64,000 nt of DNA from Mustelus asterias (Eukaryota): assembly GCF_964213995.1 (NCBI RefSeq), contig NW_027590338.1, positions 310,001 to 374,000 of the forward strand, written 5' to 3'. The stretch's first letter is position 1. Each line of letters begins with the position of its first letter. Shown here piece by piece: positions 38,221 through 49,085 of this stretch. A model generated the notes under the pieces. It made no database searches. It had not been told where the DNA came from and saw only the letters and a program-made list of their open reading frames with translations. Position numbers and translations under genes: made by a program.

Positions 38221-39913
38221 GGGAGTGTCTCGGAGGGGAGTGTTGACCCGTTAGAGAAAATCTCCATTACAAGGGAGGAAGTGTTAGGATTTTAACTGGT
38301 ATAGATTCTTTAAATAGTATAGATTTTTTAACTAGTATAGATTTTAACAAGTAAAGATTCCACCAGGGCCTGATGGAATCTATCCCAGGCTGCTCAGGGA
38401 GACGAGAAATGAAATCGCTGGGCCTCTGACGCAAATCTTTGTCTCGTCACTGGACACAGGTGAGGTCCCAGAGGATTGGAGGATAGCTAATGTGGTCCCG
38501 TTATTTAAGAAGGGTAGGAAGGATAACCCGGGAAATTATAGGCCGGTGAGCTTGACGTCCATGGTAGGGAAGTTGTTGGAGAGCATTCTTAGAGATAGGA
38601 TGTATGCGCATTTAGAAAGGAATAAACTCATTAACGATAGTCAGCATGGTTTTGTGAGAGGGAAGTCATGCCTCACTAACCTGGTGGAGTTTTTTTGAAG
38701 AAATGACTAGAATGGTTGACGAGGGAAGGGCCGTGGATGTCGTCGATATGGACTTTAGTAAAGCGTTTGACAAAGTCCCTCATGGTAGGTTGGTGCAAAC
38801 GTTTGGCTCTCATGGGATAAAGGGGGAGGTGGCTAGATGGGTGGAGAACTGGCTTAGTCACAGAAGACAGAGGGTGGTAGTGGAAGGGTCTTTTTCCGGC
38901 TGGATGCCTGTGACTAGTGGTGTTCCGCAGGGCTCTGTATTGGGACCTCTGCTGTTCGTGATTTATATAAACGATCTGGAAGAAGGTGTAACTGGGGTGA
39001 TCAGTAAGTTTGCGGACGACACGAAACTGGCTGGACTTGCAGATAGTGAGGAACATTGTCAGAGGCTACAGAAGGATATAGATAGGCTGGAAATTTGGGC
39101 AAAGAAATGGCAGATGGAGTTCAATCCAGATAAATGCGAAGTGATGCATTTTGGTAGAACTAACGTAGGGGGGAGCTATACGATAAATGGCAGAACCATA
39201 AAGGGTGTAGATACGCAGAGGGATCTGGGTGTGCAAGTCCACAGATCCTTGAAGGTGACGTCACAGGTGGAGAAGGTAGTGAATAAGGCATATGGCATGC
39301 TTGCCTTTATAGGACGGGGCATAGAGTATAAATTTTGGGGTCTGATGTTGCAGTTGTATAGAAAGTTGGTTCGGCCGCATTTGGAATACTGCGTCCAGTT
39401 CTGGTCGCCACACTACCAGAAGGACGTGGAGGCTTTAGAGAGAGTGCAGAGGAAGTTTACCAGGATGTTGCCTGGTATGGAAGAGCTTAGTTATGAGGAA
39501 AGATTGGGTAAACTGGGGTTGTTCGCACTGGAATGACGGAGGATGAGGGGTGACCTAATAGAGGTGTATAAAATTATGAAAGGCATAGAGAGGGTGAACG
39601 GTGGGAAGCTTTTTCCCAAATCGGTGGTGACGTTCACGAGGGGTCATAGGTTCAAGGTGAGGTGGGGTAGGTTTAACACGGATATCAGAAGGACGTATTT
39701 TACACAGAGGGTGGTGTGGGCCTGGAATGCGCTGCCGGGCAAGCTGGTGGAGGCGGACACACTGGGAACGTTTAAGACTTATTTAGATAGCCACATGAAC
39801 GGAGTGGGAATGGAGGGATACAAAGGAATTGTCTAGTTTGGACCAGGGAGCGGCACGGGCTTGGAGGGCCGAAAGGCCTGTTCCTGTGCTGTATTATTCT
39901 TTGTTCTTTGTTC
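38221..39913 (+). mobile_element. 5'-truncated CR1 LINE (frameshift and stop in RT)
   Basis: ORFs 38492-38698, 38703-39536 and 39543-39836; (TTCTTTG)n tail. Confidence 0.95.
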
Positions 39914-40359
39914 TAACGCAGCAATTAGGAGGTATTGCAAAGTACAATAAAACTGACACATGACAGACTTAAATAATCAAGTACATGGACTGGTGCAGCA
40001 TTAACCTAAACAGGACCTAGATTATTAAAATCTAATGAACTATTAGCATAATAACTGTGACAAAACCATGTGTAATGCATGAAGACAGGATTTCCAGTTT
40101 AGTGTACAGTGGTAAATGCTCTGAGGCAGTAAGAATTAAGACACGGCCTCTTGTCAGATTAGCAGAGACGTGGCTATGTGCAACCATAACTTAGAAATTA
40201 TAATATTTAGAGGGCCTGTGCCTCGTACATGAACACCTGAAATTGAGCCGAGTGCAGGAAAAAACTTTGATAGGACCTCATGGAATGTGATCCAGGCAGA
40301 GACTAGTGTAACACAGACAGGGTCAGAGGCGAGTTGAATATAAGCAGAGATATGATATG

Positions 40360-41290
40360 TTTAACATTTTGTCTGGGATTTTGACGTCATTGGTGAAGTC
40401 AACTTTTGTTGCCAAACCATAATTTCCTTTGAGAATGTGGTGGCAAGCTTTGGGAAGCTAGTGGGTGGGGTGTTCTTCGAGACAGCTACTTTTTTCCAGA
40501 ATGGCATGGAGCTTTTTGAGTGGCACAAGTCAGGCAAGTAGAGAATATTCAATCATCTGTGTTGGAACAGGCTTGGTGGGCAGAAGGGCCTGTACATGTG
40601 CTGTACTGTTCTTTGTTCTTTATTCATACTCCTCAGTTTTGCCTTGTAGATGATGGATAGGGTTTGGGAATTCAGGAGGTGAGCTTTTCGCCGCAGAACT
40701 CCTGGCATCTCACCTGCTCATGTAGCCACATGATTCAAATGCCTGTTCCAGTTCAGATTTTCACGAAGGAAAATGCCCAGGATGTTAATAGTGAGGGATT
40801 CTGCGCTAGTAATGCTACTTAGTGTCAAGGGGAGATGGTTGGAATCTCCCTTATTGGTCATGGCCTGCCACTTGTGTGGCATTAATGTTACTTGCCACCC
40901 ATTAGCCCAAGGATGGTTGTTTTCTAAGTCTTGCTTCATATGGACGCAGACTGTGTCAGTACCTGAGGAGTTGGAACTGATGCTGAACTTTGTTCAATCA
41001 TCAGTAAACATCCCACATATGAACTTTGAAGATGCCTGAAGCTTGGGGCCAGGTCACTAACCTGAAGAATTCCTGCAAAGCCCTGTGACTGAGATGATTG
41101 ACCATTAACAACCACAACCACCTTCCTTTGTGCTCCAGCCAGTGGACTGTTTCCCCCCTGATTCCCATTAACTGTAGTTTCGCTCGGGCTACTTGATGCC
41201 ACAAGCGGTCAAATGCTGCGTCGATGTCAAGGGCACGGACTCTCCATTCACCTTTCAATCTACAATTTTTATCTATATTTGGACTCATTT
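40360..41290 (-). mobile_element. Degenerate CR1/L2-group LINE (duplicate of 31300-32480)
   Basis: VRALDIDAAFDRLWHQ remnant. Confidence 0.72.
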
Positions 41291-41939
41291 TAAATCATTT
41301 CTGGAATCGAGTGATAATGGCAGAACAAAAATTGAGCATCTTGGTGTGCATGTGTTTTGTGAAATATGTCATGTTTTATAGAAATTAATTTCAAATTGAT
41401 CACTTGCAGCCTTCCATTTACAGTACATGATGGACGCACAATAAACACATCCAATTCAGATTGGCTTCCTTTACATATGTCACCTTTTCTGATAATTGGG
41501 GAGGACAATTTTGAAAGGTTAGTTCTGCCACAAGTGCTGCCCGTTAAGCTACCATTTGTCATTTGTGTGTTATCGTTTTTGTATCATGAATGGATATTAG
41601 GAGCTTTGGTGTAGAGCCAGTTATCACCACAATCCTGAAGTCCTTGCCCTGCTGACAGTGTTGAATGCCTTAGCGAGATTGACCGAAGTACGTTAAAGAT
41701 ATGGACATATATGAAACATGAAGAAGTTGTTGGCTGGAGTAAATCTTCCAACACAATTACTGAACTGCACATCAGGTATACCCGGTCTGCAAGCAGATGA
41801 TGTATTTCAAGTGTGACCCCAGCAAAGATATTTCCTGTGATGCTATGACTGAGATATGTTTGTAGTTGTAGCAGTCTCTTCCATCGGCTTACTTTCCAAA
41901 AGTGTGATGAATTTGAATCATGCATGGCTTGTGGAATGG

Positions 41940-42250
41940 TGGGTGCCATGGTGACACAGTGGTTAGCTCTGTTGCCTCACAGTGCCAGGGTCACAGGTTT
42001 GGTTCCCGGCTTGGGTCAGTGTCTGTGCAGAATCTGCATATTCTCCCCGTTTATGCATGGATTTCCTCTGGGTGGTCCAGTTTCCTGCACAGTCCGAAAA
42101 GGCACGCTGTTAATGTGCATTGGCCAGGCTAAATTCTCCCTCCGTGTACCCGAACAAACGCCGCAGTGTGACGACTCGGGGATTTTCACAGTAACTGCAT
42201 TGCAGTGTTAATATAAGCCTACTTGTGACATTAATAAATAAACTACAAAC
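41940..42250 (+). mobile_element. tRNA-derived SINE inserted into the RTE fragment
   Basis: Head gggtgccatggtgacacagtggttagc; the RTE remnant continues on both sides. Confidence 0.75.
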
Positions 42251-42699
42251 CTTAAATCTTCCAGCAAATAAGGAGAATGTCATAAATGTTCAGAAAGATA
42301 GTAATTATTTTCACCAATGATCATCCATTCGCAATTTAATAAATGCATTCAGCAATTCTCATTCATTCACAAAGGTTAGTCTATTTAAAATTACTTGATG
42401 GAAGGTGGGCGACACTGTCTAAGCTACAATTTATTCCACATTACCAATTGCATTCGGTAAGCTGGTGGTAAGTCGCCTTCTTGAACAACTGCACAACCTG
42501 CAGTATAGGTACACCCACAGTATTGTCAGGGAGGGTTCTCCTGGATTCCGACCCAGCGACAGTAACGGAACGGTAATATATGTCCAAGTCAGGTTTATGA
42601 GCGTCTTGGAGGGGAATATCCAGGCGTGGTTGTTCCAATTCATCAATTAACATCAATTCATACAGATAAACAATTATTTCACCAGTTATATTCAGCATT

Positions 42700-43207
42700 T
42701 TGATAAATGCAAAATATTGCGGATTCTGAAAACTGAAACAAAAACAATCAATTCTGAAAATCTCAACAGGTCTGATAGTATTTGTGGAGAGAGAATAGAG
42801 TGAAAGTTTCGAGTCAGGATGACCCTTTTTCTTATTTGGAGGAAATTGAAGAGGGTGATGAAATTGGGAAATGATGAGGGTGGAAAGGAATTAGGAAGTT
42901 TCTTTAGGATATAGTTAGTGATGGAGACGTTGATTAGGTTAGTTAGCATGGATAAGTTGATTATGATATTTGGGATCAGTATGTAAATTGATGCATGTAA
43001 TTAAACAGTATCTATTTGAACCATTCCCAGCTCACAGGAAAGTTATGCAGCTTGTCTGACACTTTGTTAGAAACAATGGTGATCTCTCCAACGCACCAGG
43101 AATATTCTAGCGAAGAGTCGTCCAGACTCGAAACGTTGGCTCTATTCTGTCTCCACAGATGCTGTCAGACCTGCTGAGATTTTCCAGCATTTTCTGTTTG
43201 TTTTCAG
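42700..43207. mobile_element. Penelope-like element remnant with inverted termini
   Basis: 42735-42830 is an approximate reverse complement of 43110-43207; decayed hammerhead-like gagtc/gactc-GAAACGTT at ~43107-43138. Confidence 0.55.
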
Positions 43208-46099
43208 TATTTCATTCTATACAACTTTGCTTTGAATTATTTATTGATATTAACGTTTATTGACATTGTATTGGCTTTTTTGTCACCAATTATAAAAATC
43301 TGTCCCAGAATTCAGTGGGAAATTGAATGAATTTAGACCGAGGATCATGAGTAGCTACCCAGCAGTCTCTGCCCTTTAAACTTCTGATACATAACTGGTG
43401 TGATGATGATGCCCAAAGTGATTATATAAATTAAACTACCTGCACCTAATATGATTTTACTGAATCTTTAAATCCCGATTCACCATTACACGGTTTTGGG
43501 AAATAATAGTTTCCCAGTGAGTTTCACAATATATCTGTTGCCACATTATTTACTTTACAGCCTGCTCCTTCACTAATTTGGGTGAGGGCATGTTGATTGA
43601 TTAGCTGCACATGTTTCAAATATTGCAATCCTCCCTCCTCAGCCGAATCATGTTCCCTCTTTCGATCTTGGATATGAGTATTCAGCATCAGCAGAGACGT
43701 GAACCATCCGAGCCGCAGGAAAATCCCCTCCTCTTTTCGTGAGGATCAGTTTGCTAACTCCCTAGAAACTCCGGTTGGATTTCACCCAGACCCTCTGGAA
43801 GTATTGAAGTTATTAGACTGACAGAAATGGAATAAAGGAGCTGTTTCAATTTTTGAACCAGTCACCTACAAATATGGGAATGTAGAACAGCATCTTTCAG
43901 TATCATTTAACAATGCATCCATCAATCCATTCACTGATTCCTCAATCAAAATATTCAAGCATCCAACTGATATTCATGCAACTATCATTCATTCAACTGT
44001 TATTCATTCTGCATCAACACAGCCATGCATTTATTGTTTGCGCAGATGGTGACATAATATTAATTTAATTGGCCCAGTGATCCAGAGACCCAGGACAATA
44101 ATGTGGGGACAGGGATTTAAATCGGAGCATTGCAGCTGGTGGAATTTGAATTCAATTAATAAATATGGAATAGATACGAATGGCGACCATTGGAACCTCT
44201 CTGATTCCCCAATGAGTGAAATCTGCCATCGCTACCTGGTCTCACAAGGATGTGACTCCAGGCGGACAGCAAAATAGCTGACTCTTTAATATCTTCAGAA
44301 GTGGCCTCGAAAACCAATCAGTTCAAGGGAATTTGCGACAGGCAAAATGTGCTAGTCTTTCCACCAACTCAAATATCTCATGGGAAGATAAAGGGAAAGA
44401 AAACACAAACATACATGTTAATGTATTACAACATGTGTCCTCTCTCTGATTCATCTCTCAGAGTCTGCCTGTAATTCTTTCTATCCATCCATCACAATAT
44501 CCTGATGTGTTGGAAAAATCATAATTGTTGCGAACAGGGTGCCAGAGAAGCTGCATAACTTTCCTTCCATGAGAGATGGGAAAAATTCACCTAGATTTTC
44601 AACTTAAAAAAATTAAAGTCCCTTCTGTACTGTTGCTGAGTAGATTTGTTTAATAACAGGCCCCATTGACAATGTGAACAGTTTCAAGTTGGCTTGCAGC
44701 CAATCGGTCAGTACTGAGGAAACAGATCTTTGATGTGTTGAACAACATCCTCAGATGCTTCCTGCCAATAACTTTGAGCATTTGACAGCAGGCTGGATTG
44801 GTGCCAAACACTGTGTGGGACAGATTAGCGTGAACCTGACTGGACAAAATGGGATTCAACCATTTAAACAATAAATGTTTCATTCCCAGAGGAAAAACAC
44901 ATTTTAAATCGTAATCATTCTAATCAAATATTTTCATTCAATGTCCTGTTCATTATGTGAGTAAATAGTATCGCAAAACAATAAAGTGACCAGATGCTTT
45001 TTAGTTTGTATAACTTCCAAGTAAATGTCACTCCAATATTTAAATTCTGTTTGTTAACCACTTCATGAAATGCGAAAGAGAGATGTTGATGGTCCCAATT
45101 CCCCAGTCAACTGAGATCAGAGCAATGGCAAAAATGCATCGAAATAATATTAAAAGAACATCATAAAACTGACATGAACAGGGGGATTGCTGGAATATTC
45201 TGAAAGTTCTGTATCGCATTTAAACAGCAGCGTCTCTTGTACCTGATTAACACCCTATTCTATTGTACAGTATAATCTGATTCCTGTTATTGAAGAGTTC
45301 CAATCATAGCTGCCAATGAGTGGAGAAATGATCAGTTCATAACCTGATTCAATGGAAGATAAAACAATTATTCTTGTGATATTGTGCAATGTGCCGCAAA
45401 GTGCTGATATCCTGTGTTCCCAATAACAGTGAATGTTCGACAGCCGGTGGCCAATAGACTGAGCTGCAATGATTTGGATGCTGAAGGAGAAATTTAATGA
45501 TTCCGTGTCCGTTCCGATTCATTAACTTCTTTGTCAAAAGTCGATGTTAATTTTATGTTTCTCTGTCAACTCACTATTTAATTATCTGAAGGGCAGAATT
45601 CTTGTTATTTTCAAAGGGCTGTCTTGAGATTGGGGCAGTTTGATAAATATAAGAAGAAACATTGTACAGGGTGAGAGTTTCTTCTCATCTCCAAACCCAA
45701 ATTGTACAGTGACAGCCATCAACACTGTAAATAGAATCACTTTGTTCATCCCCCGCATTTAGTTACACAAATCGATAACAATTCTTCCGATAAATGATGC
45801 CTTATTATAGTAATGTGACAGAGACCCGGAATTGTTGCAAAATAGACTGACGGTCTCTTCATTTTCCGTAAATGTTATTTAATCATTTTTAGAGTTGTCT
45901 TTTTGTCAGGGGCGTGGTAATAAAAGCACCATACTTACAATGGAATTAGTTATTTAAATAAAGAAATGATGAACTGCAATATCACCATCAGAAATAATGA
46001 GAACAATACAGTGAACATACTCAGCCAAACAAATATCCCGACACAGCTAAAATGTCCATTTTAATATTAACCTATTGTAAATCTGGGACTCCATTCTGT

Positions 46100-46200
46100 T
46101 GGGGGCGTGGAAGGTGGGACCTGGATCCAGTCGCCGCCTCCAGCAGGGAATCAACAGGCGGCGCCTGGAAAGCCGCCCCCTTCTGCCGGGTATTAAAATG
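46100..46200 (+). promoter_or_regulatory. VH promoter (GC-rich, TATA-like)
   Basis: GC box ccgccc at 46173-46178 and tattaaaa at 46191-46198, ~95 nt before the ATG. No ATGCAAAT octamer nearby. Confidence 0.55.
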
Positions 46201-46289
46201 CCGCTCACTGGGACCGGAATCCAACAGTTCGGGAGTAGGTTTGTTCACTGTGCTCCTGACACAACCATTTCCCTCAATTTACCAGAAGG

Positions 46290-46335
46290 ATGAGGTCGGC
46301 GATTTGTCTCAGTTTGTTGCTGACTTTCCTATCCG
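46290..46335 (+). CDS. IGHV: IgH leader exon MRSAICLSLLLTFLS(G)
   Basis: 46-nt phase-1 exon with donor g|gtgagt; hydrophobic signal peptide. Confidence 0.93.
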
Positions 46336-46469
46336 GTGAGTAGTTTTTTTTTAATTGTCCAAGTCTCCCACAGTTACTGTCTCAGTCTTAGTCTATCTCT
46401 GTAATATTCCAGAGTCAAAAATCATTACACCGGGATTAATCCTCGGGATTTTTGACATATGTTTTACAG

Positions 46470-46774
46470 GTGTCCAATCGGAGGTTGTGTTGACTCAGCC
46501 AGAGGCAGAGATCGGGCGTCCCGGAGGCTCCCTGACACTGACCTGTAAAACCAGCGGCTTCGATCTCGGCAGCCACTGGATGAACTGGATCCGACAAGTT
46601 CCCGGACAGGGGCTGCAGTTTCTGCTGTGGTACGATAGTTCATCAAACAACAACTACGCCCCAGCAATTAAAGATCGATTTACTGCGTCCAAAGACACTT
46701 CAAACAACATCTTCTCTTTGGAGATGACGAGGCTGAAGACCGAAGACACCGCCATCTATTACTGTGCAAGAGAC
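46470..46774 (+). CDS. IGHV: Germline IgM VH segment, open frame
   Basis: Acceptor ttacag|gt. Reads [48 protein letters not shown]...[11 protein letters not shown]. Confidence 0.97.
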
Positions 46775-46813
46775 CACAGCGAGAGGAACCAGGGATGGAC
46801 CCGAACAAGAACA
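46775..46813 (+). other. VH 23-RSS
   Basis: CACAGCG + 23 nt + ACAAGAACA. Confidence 0.92.
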
Positions 46814-47186
46814 GCTCGAGAGGGAATTCAGCAACTTCCATCATAACCTGACGGTCAGGATCTGTTTTAAATGTAATATTAAGGACAGTGATCAGAACCA
46901 AAACACAAACCGCTTCTGACAAACCTAACATAAAGGAAATTAAACATTTAACCGAGCAAACTCACAGACATAATGGGATGAGCTTTTCACTCTGCTTATA
47001 TTTACTGTTAACAGTTTCTGCAGTTACAGACCTGGATGATATTGCTCGTTTTAATATTTCTGAGACTTCGAGGAGATGTTTCCAGATTGTACTTTGTAAA
47101 CTGTTGCATAAATTGTAAATTATATCAAAAATTCTGGTCTATTTGTAGTGAATATTGAGCGGCAGTACTGAACAGAGACTGAGTGC

Positions 47187-47214
47187 AGTTTTTGTGCGGG
47201 TGTGTGTCACTGTG
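47187..47214 (-). other. D 5' 12-RSS
   Basis: AGTTTTTGT + 12 nt + CACTGTG. Confidence 0.95.
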
Positions 47215-47225
47215 ATACAGCAGTG
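47215..47225 (+). CDS. IGHD: Single DH segment ATACAGCAGTG (open in all frames)
   Basis: 11 nt between two 12-RSS. Confidence 0.93.
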
Positions 47226-47253
47226 CACAGCAGTTACTGTCAATACAAAAACC
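47226..47253 (+). other. D 3' 12-RSS
   Basis: CACAGCA + 12 nt + ACAAAAACC. Confidence 0.95.
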
Positions 47254-47580
47254 CCTCAGCACTAATTGACCGAGGATGGGGCAGTGCTCTGTTTTACAAT
47301 CCACCATTATTTACAGCACTGTATTATTTATGTCTAGCACTGCTCAAATAGCCAGAATTAACATGGAAAATTTACGATAACTATTCAATTATCATTTGGT
47401 GTTTCCAAAAACATATTCATCTGATGCTCTGTGAATTATAAAACATTAGGGTCATTTATGAAGAGCGAACGGTATCCACAAATACAATTAAAATTTCATT
47501 AAAAATGCAGTGATTTACTTTCCCTCTGGCTTGTGGATATTTAAAATAATGGTGGCTTTTTGTCTATTTTGTGCAGGGAT

Positions 47581-47619
47581 GGTTAGTGTCAGATCCAGCC
47601 CAGGGAATGTGACAGCGTG
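47581..47619 (-). other. JH 23-RSS
   Basis: GGTTAGTGT + 23 nt + CAGCGTG. Confidence 0.85.
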
Positions 47620-47667
47620 ACTACATCGCATACTGGGGCCAAGGGACCATGGTGACGGTGACTGCAG
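47620..47667 (+). CDS. IGHJ: JH segment YIAYWGQGTMVTVTA
   Basis: WGxG motif and donor cag|gtaag. Confidence 0.96.
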
Positions 47668-47949
47668 GTAAGAACCATGCATTTATTTAGTAACTATTTT
47701 ACTTGAGATTTTGTTTTATATTTTTATCGAATTTAATAATTCATTCGTTCACAGATTGAGATTTTTTTTTACAATGTTTCAGGTGATTCTGCTGAAAATG
47801 TGTTGTATAATTCCGCTGTTTATTGGCAAAAGGTGACGCTGAAGGATTCAGTCTCTGGTTGTTGTCATTTGGTGTTTATCTGCTGAGGACATTGTGTGGC
47901 TGGGTTACTTTAAATGCCGAAATTCTGTTAAACAGTTCGGCGTTTCTGC

Positions 47950-49085
47950 AATGTTTGATCTCGGTGACATCTAGTAGCTGCGATTTGTACCATCTGCTGC
48001 ACAAGTGTTTGAAATCTAACCCAATATTAATTAAATGTGTTAAAGTTTCTGTATTAATTTAGTGATCATGTTCCGCTTACTCACAATGCTGGTGTGGTTA
48101 TGACTTATTTCTGTCCATTTTAATTCTTAATTAGTATGGTGATGGTCGGATTGGTTGGATTTTAAATTGAGATTTTCTGTCAATGTTGCATTTGATTCTT
48201 TTGAAAGTGTTTGGAGAATTGATCTGCTTCTGCATGAAGCGGGGTTCAGTCCCTCAGTGATGTGTTTCTCTGGTCAGGAGATTGTGTGTCTGGGGGACTT
48301 TGAACAAGCAACATTTGTGAAACGATTTGGTGTTTCTGCATTGTTTAAACTCGGTGACACTGAATTGTTACCCGCTTTGTTATTTAATACAAAGAATCTG
48401 CGGGTTTGCAACTGCTTGACGCATGACTGCAGGCAGAAATCAGGCCGGCTTTATTGTATTTGTATTTTTTTTAATCTTAAGTGATAATTGCAGGTTAAAC
48501 TAAACCACCGTTTACGCCGCTCGTTCAGAACATAGTTTGTCACGGCATTCACAATTTGGGATACATGCAATGTTTAATCTCGGTGGCATCTGATGGCTGG
48601 AGCTTTTACCATCGAAATGTTTAAATACGTTTGAAATCTTTTGGAAATAAAATGTGGCAAAGTTTCAATATTATTTTATTGGAAATATTGGAACTCCTCA
48701 CAATGTTATTGCTATTATCCCAGATTCCTTTTTAGTTTAACAATCCATATATTTGGCGAAGAGCTGGTGTGCCGGATTGGATATTGAGATTTTCTTGCAA
48801 TGTTATATTTGATTCTGTTGAATATAGAATTGAGCTGCTTCTCCCTGAAACGGGGTTCAGTTACTCAGTGATGTGTTTTCATGCTTTTCTGCTGAGGAGA
48901 TTGTGTGTCTGGGTGACTTTGATTGTTTAAAATGTGTGAAATGGTTTGGCGTTTCTGAATTCTTTCTGCATTGTTTAAATTCGGTGACACTGAGTGGTTA
49001 CAAGCTTTCTGGTTGAATGCAAACATTGTGCGCTTTTGAAAATCCTGGAAGCACGGTTGTAGGAGAAAACAGGCAGGTTTCGGAA
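47950..49085 (+). repeat. Diverged ~610-bp tandem duplication in the J-proximal intron
   Basis: 47952 vs 48571 and 48241 vs 48852 share sequence; both units are also present in the minus copy (10930-12075). Confidence 0.7.
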
